From Ferruginibacter sp. (lineage in GTDB: Bacteria; Bacteroidota; Bacteroidia; Chitinophagales; Chitinophagaceae), in the NCBI GenBank assembly GCA_031391665.1, contig JANMUN010000153.1: 64,000 bases of DNA. One strand, 5' to 3'. How positions within the stretch are numbered: the stretch's first letter is position 1; every line of letters begins with the position of its first letter. The notes below the pieces were generated by a model. That model was given only the letters and a program-made list of their open reading frames with translations. It ran no database searches and was not told where the DNA came from. Shown here piece after piece: positions 39,551 to 47,829 of this stretch. A program made the translations under genes and the position numbers.

Positions 39551-39676
39551 TTAAATAACTAATCTTCCCTTACATTTTTGTGCGGAATGTTTAAGCAATG
39601 ATTTTCCTTAAATTTGCATCCCGAATAACTGATTAACTAACCAACCAATAAACCAGTTAACCAATCAACCAAGCTC

Positions 39677-40387
39677 ATGGGAAGAATATTTGAAGTTAGA
39701 AAAAGCAGCATGTTTGCCCGCTGGGATAAGATGGCAAAAAACTTTACCCGTATTGGAAAAGAAATTGCCATTGCTGTAAAAGCCAGCGGCCCCGACCCTA
39801 ATAACAACCCGGCCTTAAGAAGGTGCTACATTAATGCAAAAGCATGTGGTATGCCCAAAGACCGTGTAGAAGCGGCTATTAAAAGGGCCATGGGTAAAGA
39901 TACCAGCAACTACGAAGAGATTACTTACGAAGGTCATGCACCGCATGGCATTGCCATTTTGGTAGAAACTGCAACCGATAACTCTACCAGAACGGTGGCT
40001 AATGTAAGGATGCATTTTACAAAATGCAACGGCTCCTTAGGTACCAGCGGCAGTGTGGCATTTGGTTTTACCCGTTTGGGAGAATTTAAAATAAAAAATA
40101 CCGGCCAAAATTTAGAAGAGCTGGAACTGGAGTTAATTGATTACGGCCTGGAAGAAATTGGCGAAGACAGCGAAGGCAATATCATCATCCGCACGGCATT
40201 TACAGAGTTTGGCCACATGGCAAAAGCATTGGACGAAAAGAAAATAGAAGTAGTAACTGCCGAACTTACCCGTATCCCCACTACCACAATGGAGCTGGAT
40301 GAAGAAGCCGCTAATGATGTATTGAAATTAGTAGATAAGCTGGAGCAGGATGAAGATGTGCAGAAGGTGTATCATAATTTGAAATAA
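39677..40387 (+). CDS. YebC/PmpR-family DNA-binding transcriptional regulator
   Basis: MGRIFEVRK.....RW.KMAK.F.R..KEI..A.K.GGPDP..NP.LR is the family N-terminus; 236 aa. Confidence 0.95.
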   Translation: MGRIFEVRKSSMFARWDKMAKNFTRIGKEIAIAVKASGPDPNNNPALRRCYINAKACGMPKDRVEAAIKRAMGKDTSNYEEITYEGHAPHGIAILVETATDNSTRTVANVRMHFTKCNGSLGTSGSVAFGFTRLGEFKIKNTGQNLEELELELIDYGLEEIGEDSEGNIIIRTAFTEFGHMAKALDEKKIEVVTAELTRIPTTTMELDEEAANDVLKLVDKLEQDEDVQKVYHNLK

Positions 40388-40404
40388 GAAATAAAGTTTT
40401 ATAA

Positions 40405-40435
40405 AATAAAGCTGCTTTTTTTTGGCAGCTTTATT
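40405..40435 (+). terminator. Terminator-like hairpin after the yebC-family gene
   Basis: 11-bp stem aataaagctgc / gcagctttatt with a T-rich loop. Confidence 0.5.
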
Positions 40436-40472
40436 ATTTATGCAAACCGCCCCTATACTGCCCCTTAAAATT

Positions 40473-40536
40473 AAAAAAGCCCTGAAAGCTAATGCTGTCA
40501 AGGCTTCTATTTTTAAGCTGTACTCGGGATGGGAGT
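40473..40536. repeat. attL: orphan copy of the tRNA-Leu 3' end plus its downstream hairpin
   Basis: The 17-nt core gtactcgggatgggagt (40520-40536) is identical to 47878-47894. 40473-40511 aligns with 47830-47868 with 4 mismatches by eye. Confidence 0.8.
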
Positions 40537-40654
40537 ACTTTATACTTTGCTTCATTTAGTCTATCTTTCCCTGTTTAATCTTTTATAAGCCTTACCTGTA
40601 TTGCATTTCAAGGCATAGGGAGAATAATTTTAAAAAAGTGAGAATAAATTATTT

Positions 40655-40677
40655 CGCCCACTGTACCGCCCACTGTA
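40655..40677 (+). promoter_or_regulatory. Tandem CGCCCACTGTA repeats (candidate integrase arm-type sites), left end
   Basis: cgcccactgta-c-cgcccactgta. The same 19-mer cgcccactgtaccgcccac recurs at 47803-47821 in the same orientation. Confidence 0.45.
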
Positions 40678-40713
40678 AACAATTGCACTAACTTAGCGCA
40701 AAACTAAAAATGT

Positions 40714-41937
40714 ATGGGAAGCGTAAAATTTCAACTAAAAGAACCAAAGAGTAAAGACGAAACATTGCTTGTTATGGTATTTAGTTATAACAGTAAAAGG
40801 GTGAAGTATTCTACTGGAATTTTCCTAAACAAAAAACATTGGAATCATAAAGCACAACAAGCAAGAGATACAAAAGACTTTACAGAAGCCGCCGAAATCA
40901 ATTCTACACTAAAAAATATAAGCACACACATCCATAATGTTTACAGAAAACTGGGCAATGATGGGATTGTACCCACAAATGAAAAATTAAAAGCAGGATT
41001 AGGCGAAGCTTTATTAAAACCCGATATATTGAATAAGAAGGATTTTATAGGCTTTATTGATGCCATTATAAAATCTTCTGCTAAACGACCTAATACAATA
41101 AAGCATTATGGTCAAACATTACGAGTATTGACCGCATTTAAAGCCATTTCTAAGCGAGAACTGACCTTTGCTAACATTGACCTTACTTTCTATGAAGAAT
41201 TTACGAAGTACTGTTTAAAGAAAGATTATGGCGTTAATACGATAGGAGGGTTTATTAAACACGTAAAAGTTTTTATGAATGAAGCTTTTGATAGAAAGAT
41301 TACAACCAACTTGGAATATAAAAACAGAAAATTTAAGACTATTGAAGAAGATACCGAACACATATATTTAACTGACAGCGAAATTGAAATGTTATACAAA
41401 CTTGATTTAAGTGAAAATTCAAAACTAGATAAAGTGAGGGATATGTTTGTACTTAGTTGTTATACTGGATTACGTTACTCGGATTTGATAAAACTAACTG
41501 ACGAAAACTTGATTGATAATAATTCTAAATTGAAAATAAAAACAGAAAAGACAGGCGAATTAGTTATTATTCCATTAAATAAATACATTAAAAAAATTCT
41601 TGTAAAATATAATGGGTTGCCTGACTACGCAATTACTAATCAAAAGATGAATGAGTATCTTAAAGAGTTAGGAGAAAAAGCCGAGTTAAATGAAAATGTT
41701 TTACATTCATTTACTAAAGGCGGCACAAAAAAAAGTGAAAGCTTTCAGAAGTTCCAATTGATAACGGTTCACACTGCAAGGCGTTCTTTTGCAACTAATG
41801 CGTATTTAGCAGATGTACCAAGCATTTCAATCATGAAAATTACCGGACATAAAACGGAAAAAGCATTTTTAAAATATATCAAAATTAGCCAACACGATAA
41901 CGCAAATAAATTAATTAATCACCCTTTTTTCAAATAG
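40714..41937 (+). CDS. Tyrosine-type site-specific integrase (phage integrase family, Bacteroidota Arm/SAM-like N-domains)
   Basis: C-terminal catalytic region: ...TGLRYSDL (Arg I), ...HTARRSFAT (H-x-x-R), ITGHKT.KAFLKYI (His/Tyr). Confidence 0.9.
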   Translation: MGSVKFQLKEPKSKDETLLVMVFSYNSKRVKYSTGIFLNKKHWNHKAQQARDTKDFTEAAEINSTLKNISTHIHNVYRKLGNDGIVPTNEKLKAGLGEALLKPDILNKKDFIGFIDAIIKSSAKRPNTIKHYGQTLRVLTAFKAISKRELTFANIDLTFYEEFTKYCLKKDYGVNTIGGFIKHVKVFMNEAFDRKITTNLEYKNRKFKTIEEDTEHIYLTDSEIEMLYKLDLSENSKLDKVRDMFVLSCYTGLRYSDLIKLTDENLIDNNSKLKIKTEKTGELVIIPLNKYIKKILVKYNGLPDYAITNQKMNEYLKELGEKAELNENVLHSFTKGGTKKSESFQKFQLITVHTARRSFATNAYLADVPSISIMKITGHKTEKAFLKYIKISQHDNANKLINHPFFK

Positions 41938-41938
41938 T

Positions 41939-42862
41939 ATGCAAACTCCGTTTTCAGAAGAAGAGAAAGTAAAATTGTTGGAAGAATTTAAAAAACTTCA
42001 AACAATTGAAGAAAAATTCCTGTTTTGGGAAAATTCTCTTAATTCCAAATACATAACATTTCTTATAGCAACAAGTAATGCATCTCATAGAAACCCCACA
42101 AAACCTTTTTTTGATGCTCTGTATGAATTTAGGATAGTTCCAAAATCACATGAATATCTCGTTTACAATAATCTTGTCTTAGATAGATATAGGAACCAAA
42201 TTCAGATCATGTCAAACAATAACAAATTATTGAACCTTGATGATTTCAAAGAAGATTTCGAAAAACATTTTAAAGAAGTTTCAAACAAAAAAGAATTCAT
42301 TGAGTTAGAAATAAAAAGGGTAAATGATATTGTTGAGAGGAGGAGTAGCCCTAACCCAGACAATTTTGATAATTCCAACACTTTTTTTTCTTATTCATTT
42401 AATGCTGATTATCTAAACAATCAGCCTTTAGATTTAAGTAAGCAACCTTATTATGACATAGAAAATATATTAGCCTATGTCAATGGCGAAGTTGTATCCC
42501 AGTATCTCAAATTTGTTAAGGCTACTTTGGAAAATCTTGAATCGAAACCGACAAAAAAGACTGAAACTTTAAGCCTCGAAGAACAAATTTTAGTACTGGA
42601 TTATTTGGGCTTGTATGGTAAGACCAGCAGGTGCAATTCGGTCGGTAAAAGGGCAAAGCTAATAGGCTTAATTGTCAATAAAGATGAGTTCAATATCCGA
42701 GGCATAATTCCACGCTTTACCGATTTAACTTATTCAAAAATTGGTGTTGAGAAGAAGAAAATAAAGCAAAGACTAGCTAAAATTTCCAATTTATTTGAAG
42801 AGGTCGGTTTAAATGCACTCTCAAAAAAGGTTTCTGCCGATTTAAAAAAGGTAGACAAGTAA
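41939..42862 (+). CDS. Hypothetical island protein
   Basis: 307-aa ORF that starts 2 nt after the integrase stop. No motif was recognised. Confidence 0.55.
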   Translation: MQTPFSEEEKVKLLEEFKKLQTIEEKFLFWENSLNSKYITFLIATSNASHRNPTKPFFDALYEFRIVPKSHEYLVYNNLVLDRYRNQIQIMSNNNKLLNLDDFKEDFEKHFKEVSNKKEFIELEIKRVNDIVERRSSPNPDNFDNSNTFFSYSFNADYLNNQPLDLSKQPYYDIENILAYVNGEVVSQYLKFVKATLENLESKPTKKTETLSLEEQILVLDYLGLYGKTSRCNSVGKRAKLIGLIVNKDEFNIRGIIPRFTDLTYSKIGVEKKKIKQRLAKISNLFEEVGLNALSKKVSADLKKVDK

Positions 42863-42946
42863 AGGGTTTCAGTAGTTTGTAGTACTATATTTCATAACTA
42901 CGTTTCTGTAACACATGCACTTTTGCCCTGTCGATAAAAAAACGAC

Positions 42947-43261
42947 ATGACAAATATGCAAATTCTGCTAAATGGGATTAAAGTCAATGAACTGTTACAA
43001 AAGATTGGTCAGTTAATTGACGAAAAGATTGGGAATATCCAACATCCAACACAAAAAAATCAATCAAATCTAATTTCAAGAAAAGAAGTTTCCCGACTTC
43101 TAAAAATTTCACTTCCAACCTTACACGATTGGACTAAGTCAGGCTTGCTCACGTCTTACAGGATAGGGTCACGCATTCTCTACAAATTGGCAGAAGTAGA
43201 AGAATCAATTACACAAAGAGACTTTAAAAAGTTTCAAAGAGGAGGGTTTAATCATGCATAA
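42947..43261 (+). CDS. Excisionase/AlpA/MerR-like helix-turn-helix DNA-binding protein
   Basis: LISRKEVSRLLKISLPTLHDWTKSGLLTSYRIGSRILYKLAEVE matches the HTH_17/excisionase pattern. Confidence 0.7.
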   Translation: MTNMQILLNGIKVNELLQKIGQLIDEKIGNIQHPTQKNQSNLISRKEVSRLLKISLPTLHDWTKSGLLTSYRIGSRILYKLAEVEESITQRDFKKFQRGGFNHA

Positions 43262-43595
43262 AAATGATTATACCGTAATAGCGTTTTATAAAGATGCTAA
43301 GCCAAAAAAATGGCAGTTTGTACATGGGCTATCAAAGTTTGTTTCATTCATAAACGAAAAGCATCCCAATTGGCTGTACATAAATGTTTATGAACGCAGA
43401 ACGGGTAAATATCTAAAAAGATTTTATCCCAATAACATTATCCCTTACTTTCTAACCTTATTGCCCTTCGCAATAATCCTTTATTTTTTTTTAACCTTTA
43501 ATAAAAATCCGCATCAATCAACCTTTACTAATGATTTTAATAATACCGCAACGATTACGACGCTTAAATCAAAAGGAGGATTGTCATGTATTTAG
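43254..43595 (+). CDS. Hypothetical island protein with one TM helix
   Basis: Overlaps both neighbours by 8-10 nt; hydrophobic segment YFLTLLPFAIILYFFL. Confidence 0.45.
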   Translation: MHKNDYTVIAFYKDAKPKKWQFVHGLSKFVSFINEKHPNWLYINVYERRTGKYLKRFYPNNIIPYFLTLLPFAIILYFFLTFNKNPHQSTFTNDFNNTATITTLKSKGGLSCI

Positions 43596-44491
43596 TAAAA
43601 AACACTTACGGAATCAGTTCCGTGATACATCCAAAAGTGGCAAATCTTTCTTCTATGGGAAAGCTTGCAGGTTCTTCAATGGATAGAAAGAAATACACAA
43701 AGAAGTATAAAGATGAATTAGAACAACTCATTTCTAAGCCATTAGATTTTGAAGAAACAAAAAAGGATGAAGTAAAAAAACTTCGTTCTATGTCAAGGCG
43801 TACAAAATCAAAGATAAGGGTAAAAATAATTGCTTTTTCAAGAGTACATAAAAATCTTTCCTTTCTAACACTAACATTTGTAAATAAGGTGGAAGATTCA
43901 CTTGCCGTAAAAGTGCTTCATAAATTCCTTGATAATTGTGTTAAGCGAAGCAAAGATTTTCAATACTTATGGGTAGCTGAAAAACAAACCCAAAATGAAG
44001 CATTTAAAGACAACATCCACTTTCACATTATCAATAACAAGTTTTGGAAGATTGATAAATGGTGGCCGTACTGGATTCAATTACAAGCAAAGTTTGGAAT
44101 AGTTCCGAGGGATGCAAGTTTTAAACCTACATCAGCTTTCAATGTAAAGCATGTTAGTTCCAACAATGTAAAAGGAATTATCAATTACCTAACAAGCTAC
44201 GTTACAAAAAATGAAAGTGAGTTTGGCTGCCAGGTGTGGAACTGCTCAAAGAAAATCTCCAGGCTCTACACTGGTCATTATTCGGGCTTGGAATTCATAC
44301 ACCAGTTTGAACGATTAGAAGCTGCAGGCCAATTAGGCGGCACAATTAAAACTTACAAACAAGATTATGCAAACGTAAATGTAATACCCTTAAACAGGGT
44401 TACAATCAATTTTTACAGTAAAGTAGATAATAAGAATAAACAGTTTTGGAATAATCCAGAATCATCAGAAAAAATAAAAGAAACATTATGA
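43586..44491 (+). CDS. Putative rolling-circle replication initiator (HUH endonuclease, two-tyrosine phiX174/VP4-like)
   Basis: Motif I SFLTLTF, motif II NIHFHIIN (HUH), and motif III INYLTSYVTK (Y-x3-Y-x2-K), in canonical order and spacing. Confidence 0.6.
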   Translation: MYLVKNTYGISSVIHPKVANLSSMGKLAGSSMDRKKYTKKYKDELEQLISKPLDFEETKKDEVKKLRSMSRRTKSKIRVKIIAFSRVHKNLSFLTLTFVNKVEDSLAVKVLHKFLDNCVKRSKDFQYLWVAEKQTQNEAFKDNIHFHIINNKFWKIDKWWPYWIQLQAKFGIVPRDASFKPTSAFNVKHVSSNNVKGIINYLTSYVTKNESEFGCQVWNCSKKISRLYTGHYSGLEFIHQFERLEAAGQLGGTIKTYKQDYANVNVIPLNRVTINFYSKVDNKNKQFWNNPESSEKIKETL

Positions 44492-44841
44492 GTTTATTTA
44501 ACAGAGTAAGAATGTCCATTATTGAAATGGATGACATACATAAAGAAACACTTTTACAGGAATTAAAAAATGCGCCTACTTTTTTTACTGTCTATACTGA
44601 TAAACAAAAAGTAAGTAAAATTCATCATAGCGGATTGACAGAAGATTTATTTGGTACCCTGTTAGTAATGCTATCAAGGCATATTGGCTTTTTCGACTTC
44701 ATGAAACTATTAATTCTAAATACCGAATTATATAGAAAAGATGGGGGTGTGGAAGGCTTCAATTTTACCCCGAAAGCTTTAGAATATATCGAATGGAAGA
44801 AACGCAATTTTAATCAATCCAAAACCAATGATTTACTATGA
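44488..44841 (+). CDS. Hypothetical island protein
   Basis: ATGA start/stop overlap with the Rep gene. No motif was recognised. Confidence 0.5.
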   Translation: MSLFNRVRMSIIEMDDIHKETLLQELKNAPTFFTVYTDKQKVSKIHHSGLTEDLFGTLLVMLSRHIGFFDFMKLLILNTELYRKDGGVEGFNFTPKALEYIEWKKRNFNQSKTNDLL

Positions 44842-45023
44842 ATGCAATAAAAGCACTAAACGAACAATGCAGGGTTTGCGAACCATGCCGGCTGAACGCA
44901 AAGATTATAGAGTTTGAACAATTGCCGGAAAATGAAAAATTTAACTTTCACTGGTATGAAAAAGATAAACATTTTTTAATTTACTGTGAACCTTGCAAGG
45001 TTTACAAATTGCTTGGAGATTAG
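44838..45023 (+). CDS. Small Cys-rich (zinc-ribbon-like) island protein
   Basis: CRVCEPC ... CEPC pattern in 61 aa; ATGA overlap with the upstream ORF. Confidence 0.45.
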   Translation: MNAIKALNEQCRVCEPCRLNAKIIEFEQLPENEKFNFHWYEKDKHFLIYCEPCKVYKLLGD

Positions 45024-45047
45024 AAGAGAGGCGTAAGCCTCTTTTTT
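45024..45047 (+). terminator. Rho-independent terminator ending the island plus-strand operon
   Basis: gaggc-gtaa-gcctc stem extended by A:T pairs, followed by tttttt. Confidence 0.7.
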
Positions 45048-45152
45048 AGATATAAAGATTACATTAACAACTTTGTAGTTTTAATCGCTTAGAATGAAAA
45101 TATTATCAACTAGAGATTTAATTTTATTGTTCTCTATAATGACAATTTCAGC

Positions 45153-46040
45153 CTAAGATTTTGATGCTACAATACATTTTAAATAAAAACTATGTCCAGC
45201 TTCTGTAAATTTAACCCGCCCCATATCGTCACTCTCAATTAACCTATACTTCATTAGTTTATTAATCCCTTCTCTATTGAAAATAGCTGAAGAAATATTT
45301 CTAGCTAACGATGCTCCATTTGTAATCATGAAATCCAATAAATTAATTTTCTTTTGAGAAATTTCAATACCTTCTTCTTTTAACAGGCCTTCAAGTTGGC
45401 TAAAAGATAATCCTGCATAAAGAGAATTAGAATTCGTTTCAGGGTTACTTAATTTACTTGTCAATTCAAAATTTTCTTTTGTTAGTCTTGCTATTTGTTC
45501 AGCAAGAATTGTTGTATCTACTGAATTATCCCCTCTTATCCACCCTATCAATTCCTTTCTATAACCAAACTCAGACAATGTCTCATGAATTGCTATCTTA
45601 ATATCTTTTGTATCGTCCCAAAATTTTACAAGATTTTTTAACACACTACTTCTAAATAATTCTAATGCTTTTGGATTATGCTGCTCGATTGCAACTAATC
45701 CCATTTTCTTTACTCTTTCCTCTATTATACTGTTATTTATTACCACGGAAAATAAAGGTTTATTTTTTTCCATAGCATACTCATATTCTAATTGGGTATA
45801 GCTCTTCCCTGTTTTAATATCGATACTACCGTATCTTCCTCCAAGAATCAATAGATATATATCCGATTCATCAATCCATCTTTCTATAACTGTCATTTGC
45901 GATTCATCTCCTGCTGAAAATAACTCCATACCTGCAGGTATGTTCCCTGACGACAGAATGGCTTCTACAGCTGCCTGACGTTCTTTTATTAAATCAGTAT
46001 AAGTAGAAGAAACGAATACTTGCAACTTTTTATCCTTCAT
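45153..46040 (-). CDS. DUF4062 (TIR/deoxyribosyltransferase-like fold) domain protein with helical C-terminal half
   Basis: The N-terminus LQVFVSSTYTDLIKERQAAVEAILSSGNIPAGMELFSAGDESQMTVIERWIDESDIYLLILGGRYGS matches my memory of the DUF4062 consensus (VF.SST..DL..ER......I......GME.F.A......CL..I..CD.Y..I.G.RYG). Confidence 0.7.
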   Translation of the reverse strand: MKDKKLQVFVSSTYTDLIKERQAAVEAILSSGNIPAGMELFSAGDESQMTVIERWIDESDIYLLILGGRYGSIDIKTGKSYTQLEYEYAMEKNKPLFSVVINNSIIEERVKKMGLVAIEQHNPKALELFRSSVLKNLVKFWDDTKDIKIAIHETLSEFGYRKELIGWIRGDNSVDTTILAEQIARLTKENFELTSKLSNPETNSNSLYAGLSFSQLEGLLKEEGIEISQKKINLLDFMITNGASLARNISSAIFNREGINKLMKYRLIESDDMGRVKFTEAGHSFYLKCIVASKS

Positions 46041-46170
46041 AGCAATTTTATAGTTTAATGACTTTTAATAAAAAAAGACTTAGGATATCCTCGTCAACTA
46101 AGAAGTGTATTAAGTATGAAGATGGATTTATCATTGAAAAATTCAACATTATAAACTAAGGTTATTGAGT

Positions 46171-46935
46171 TTATATTTCTACCAGATTATTTGATTGTAT
46201 TTCAAGTATGCCCAATCTTGTTATATTAAACTTATCCTTTTGTTTTACAATTAAATCTTTTTCATGCTCCATTCTCAAAAGTGTAGCTTTTAGATTTTTT
46301 CTTTGCAGCGGTTTAACCCATAAAGATAATTGTTCAATTGCAGCACCATTTGAGCCGCAATGATATAATAATAGTAAAATTATTTCTGAAACTTTTAATT
46401 TAGGATTTAAAGTCTTTAAAAAACCATTAAAGTCCTCAACAACAGGGATTGCGTTTATAGTAATTGCTTTAATTAGTTCATAAGCCTTGTCTGCTGTAAT
46501 CCCTCCTGACAATCGAATAAATTCGGCTAAGACCCAATCTAGAGAAGCAAACACAAAACTTGAATCTTGCAAATTTGGGTCAATACCATCTGCTAAATGT
46601 GCCGCATCTCTCTTATTTCTTATATCATAAACAACCCTCAAAGTACGAGGTATATGTATTCGTAAAGAGTCAGGAAATGTGGTTGCTAACCCTTGCAATT
46701 TTCTTATCAAGCCATCAGTATCAAGTTGTTTTCCAATTTGGGTAATACTAAACCCTGCAAGATGTTCGCACATTCGAAAGGCTGCTTCTGAAAACCTACC
46801 GCCTTCAACCTCTGTAGGTCTATGATTGCCTAAGAAATAATTTCTTTTTTGCTCTTGATAGCAATCAAGTAATTCATCAACAAGTTGGGATGGGAATCGA
46901 GAGATTAAAACAGTTTTAATAATATTTAGACTCAC
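46171..46935 (-). CDS. Hypothetical protein with HEPN-like R-x6-H motif and C-terminal winged-helix-like segment
   Basis: The motif IRNKRDAAH (codons at 46597-46620) sits in a predicted helical N-domain. The C-terminal ~70 aa look wHTH-like. ATGA overlap with the upstream ORF. Confidence 0.5.
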   Translation of the reverse strand: MSLNIIKTVLISRFPSQLVDELLDCYQEQKRNYFLGNHRPTEVEGGRFSEAAFRMCEHLAGFSITQIGKQLDTDGLIRKLQGLATTFPDSLRIHIPRTLRVVYDIRNKRDAAHLADGIDPNLQDSSFVFASLDWVLAEFIRLSGGITADKAYELIKAITINAIPVVEDFNGFLKTLNPKLKVSEIILLLLYHCGSNGAAIEQLSLWVKPLQRKNLKATLLRMEHEKDLIVKQKDKFNITRLGILEIQSNNLVEI

Positions 46936-47519
46936 TATTTAGCCTTTTTCTTTTTAGTTGATTTTTTTGCAGTCTTTTTTTTGCTTGCATGCTCTGCTAA
47001 TGCTTTACTTACAGCTTCTCTTTCTGGTAGGGCATTAACAATAGCTTCCCCTTTAGCAGATAGTGCTTTTTTACTGCCACCAATAGAGGTTAAAAAATGT
47101 TGTCTACTTATAGCATGATTTATAAAGACAGATGCATTTGAAAAGGAAGGTTGCCTTCCATCTTTATTTCCTTGTATTATATCCATATTTTTAACTCCAT
47201 CTAAACCTTGAACCTTTTCTAAAAAATAAACAATACATGCAATTTTTTCAGCGTTATCGTGTGGCTTTTTCTGAACCAAAAAATCTTTTATTGAAGTAGT
47301 AACCGGTATTCCAGAAGTATTACTCCCGGTGATGTTTGCCCCCAAAGGATTAGCACTTCCTAAATTTGGGGAAGTTGCAGATTGTATATTTGTTGTACTT
47401 TGAATCTTATATTTCAAAACAATCCAATCAAAAACCCTCTGTCTTTCTTCTGTAGATAGTCCTCCAAAAAAATCATCTATTCCTCTTAACGCATCGTGTT
47501 CGGTAATTTTCTTATTCAT
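46935..47519 (-). CDS. Hypothetical protein: short N-domain, Ser/Thr/Asn/Gly-rich linker, globular C-domain, Lys-rich tail
   Basis: 194-aa ORF, first gene of the minus-strand module. The tail SKKKTAKKSTKKKKAK suggests nucleic-acid binding. Confidence 0.5.
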   Translation of the reverse strand: MNKKITEHDALRGIDDFFGGLSTEERQRVFDWIVLKYKIQSTTNIQSATSPNLGSANPLGANITGSNTSGIPVTTSIKDFLVQKKPHDNAEKIACIVYFLEKVQGLDGVKNMDIIQGNKDGRQPSFSNASVFINHAISRQHFLTSIGGSKKALSAKGEAIVNALPEREAVSKALAEHASKKKTAKKSTKKKKAK

Positions 47520-47802
47520 ATTTATGTTTTTAAACCAATGTGCATTTAAGACACATCAGTAAATATACAAATATTCATTATGAATTAACAACAATTTGAA
47601 TATAGTACATTTAAATTAGTCTAATGAAAAAGATTGAAAGCGTATTAAATCCCACCTTCGATTTTTTAAAAAAAATCTCACCTAAAATGTCCCCCAATGA
47701 AATAAAACAGCCCTGCAAGTCTATAACATAAAGTCTTTTAAGTTATGGCAAGTGCCCAGAACAGGATTAGAACTGTAGGACACATTTTAAATTAATCTAA
47801 AA

Positions 47803-47821
47803 CGCCCACTGTACCGCCCAC
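47803..47821 (+). promoter_or_regulatory. CGCCCACTGTA-type repeat, right end of island
   Basis: cgcccactgtaccgcccac is identical to 40655-40673. Confidence 0.45.
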
Positions 47822-47829
47822 CAAAAAAC

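Noticed and set aside
40328-40555. 75-aa minus-strand ORF spanning the yebC 3' end, terminator and attL
   Set aside because: It overlaps a confident CDS, a hairpin and the tRNA-fragment repeat, with no coding signal.
47746-47783. tRNA-like fragment (tggcaagtgcccagaacaggattagaactgtaggacac) inside the right arm of the island
   Set aside because: It resembles the reverse complement of a tRNA T-arm/acceptor 3' half, but the T-stem is imperfect and there is no 5' half. It is at best a relic of an earlier attachment site and is not called as a gene.
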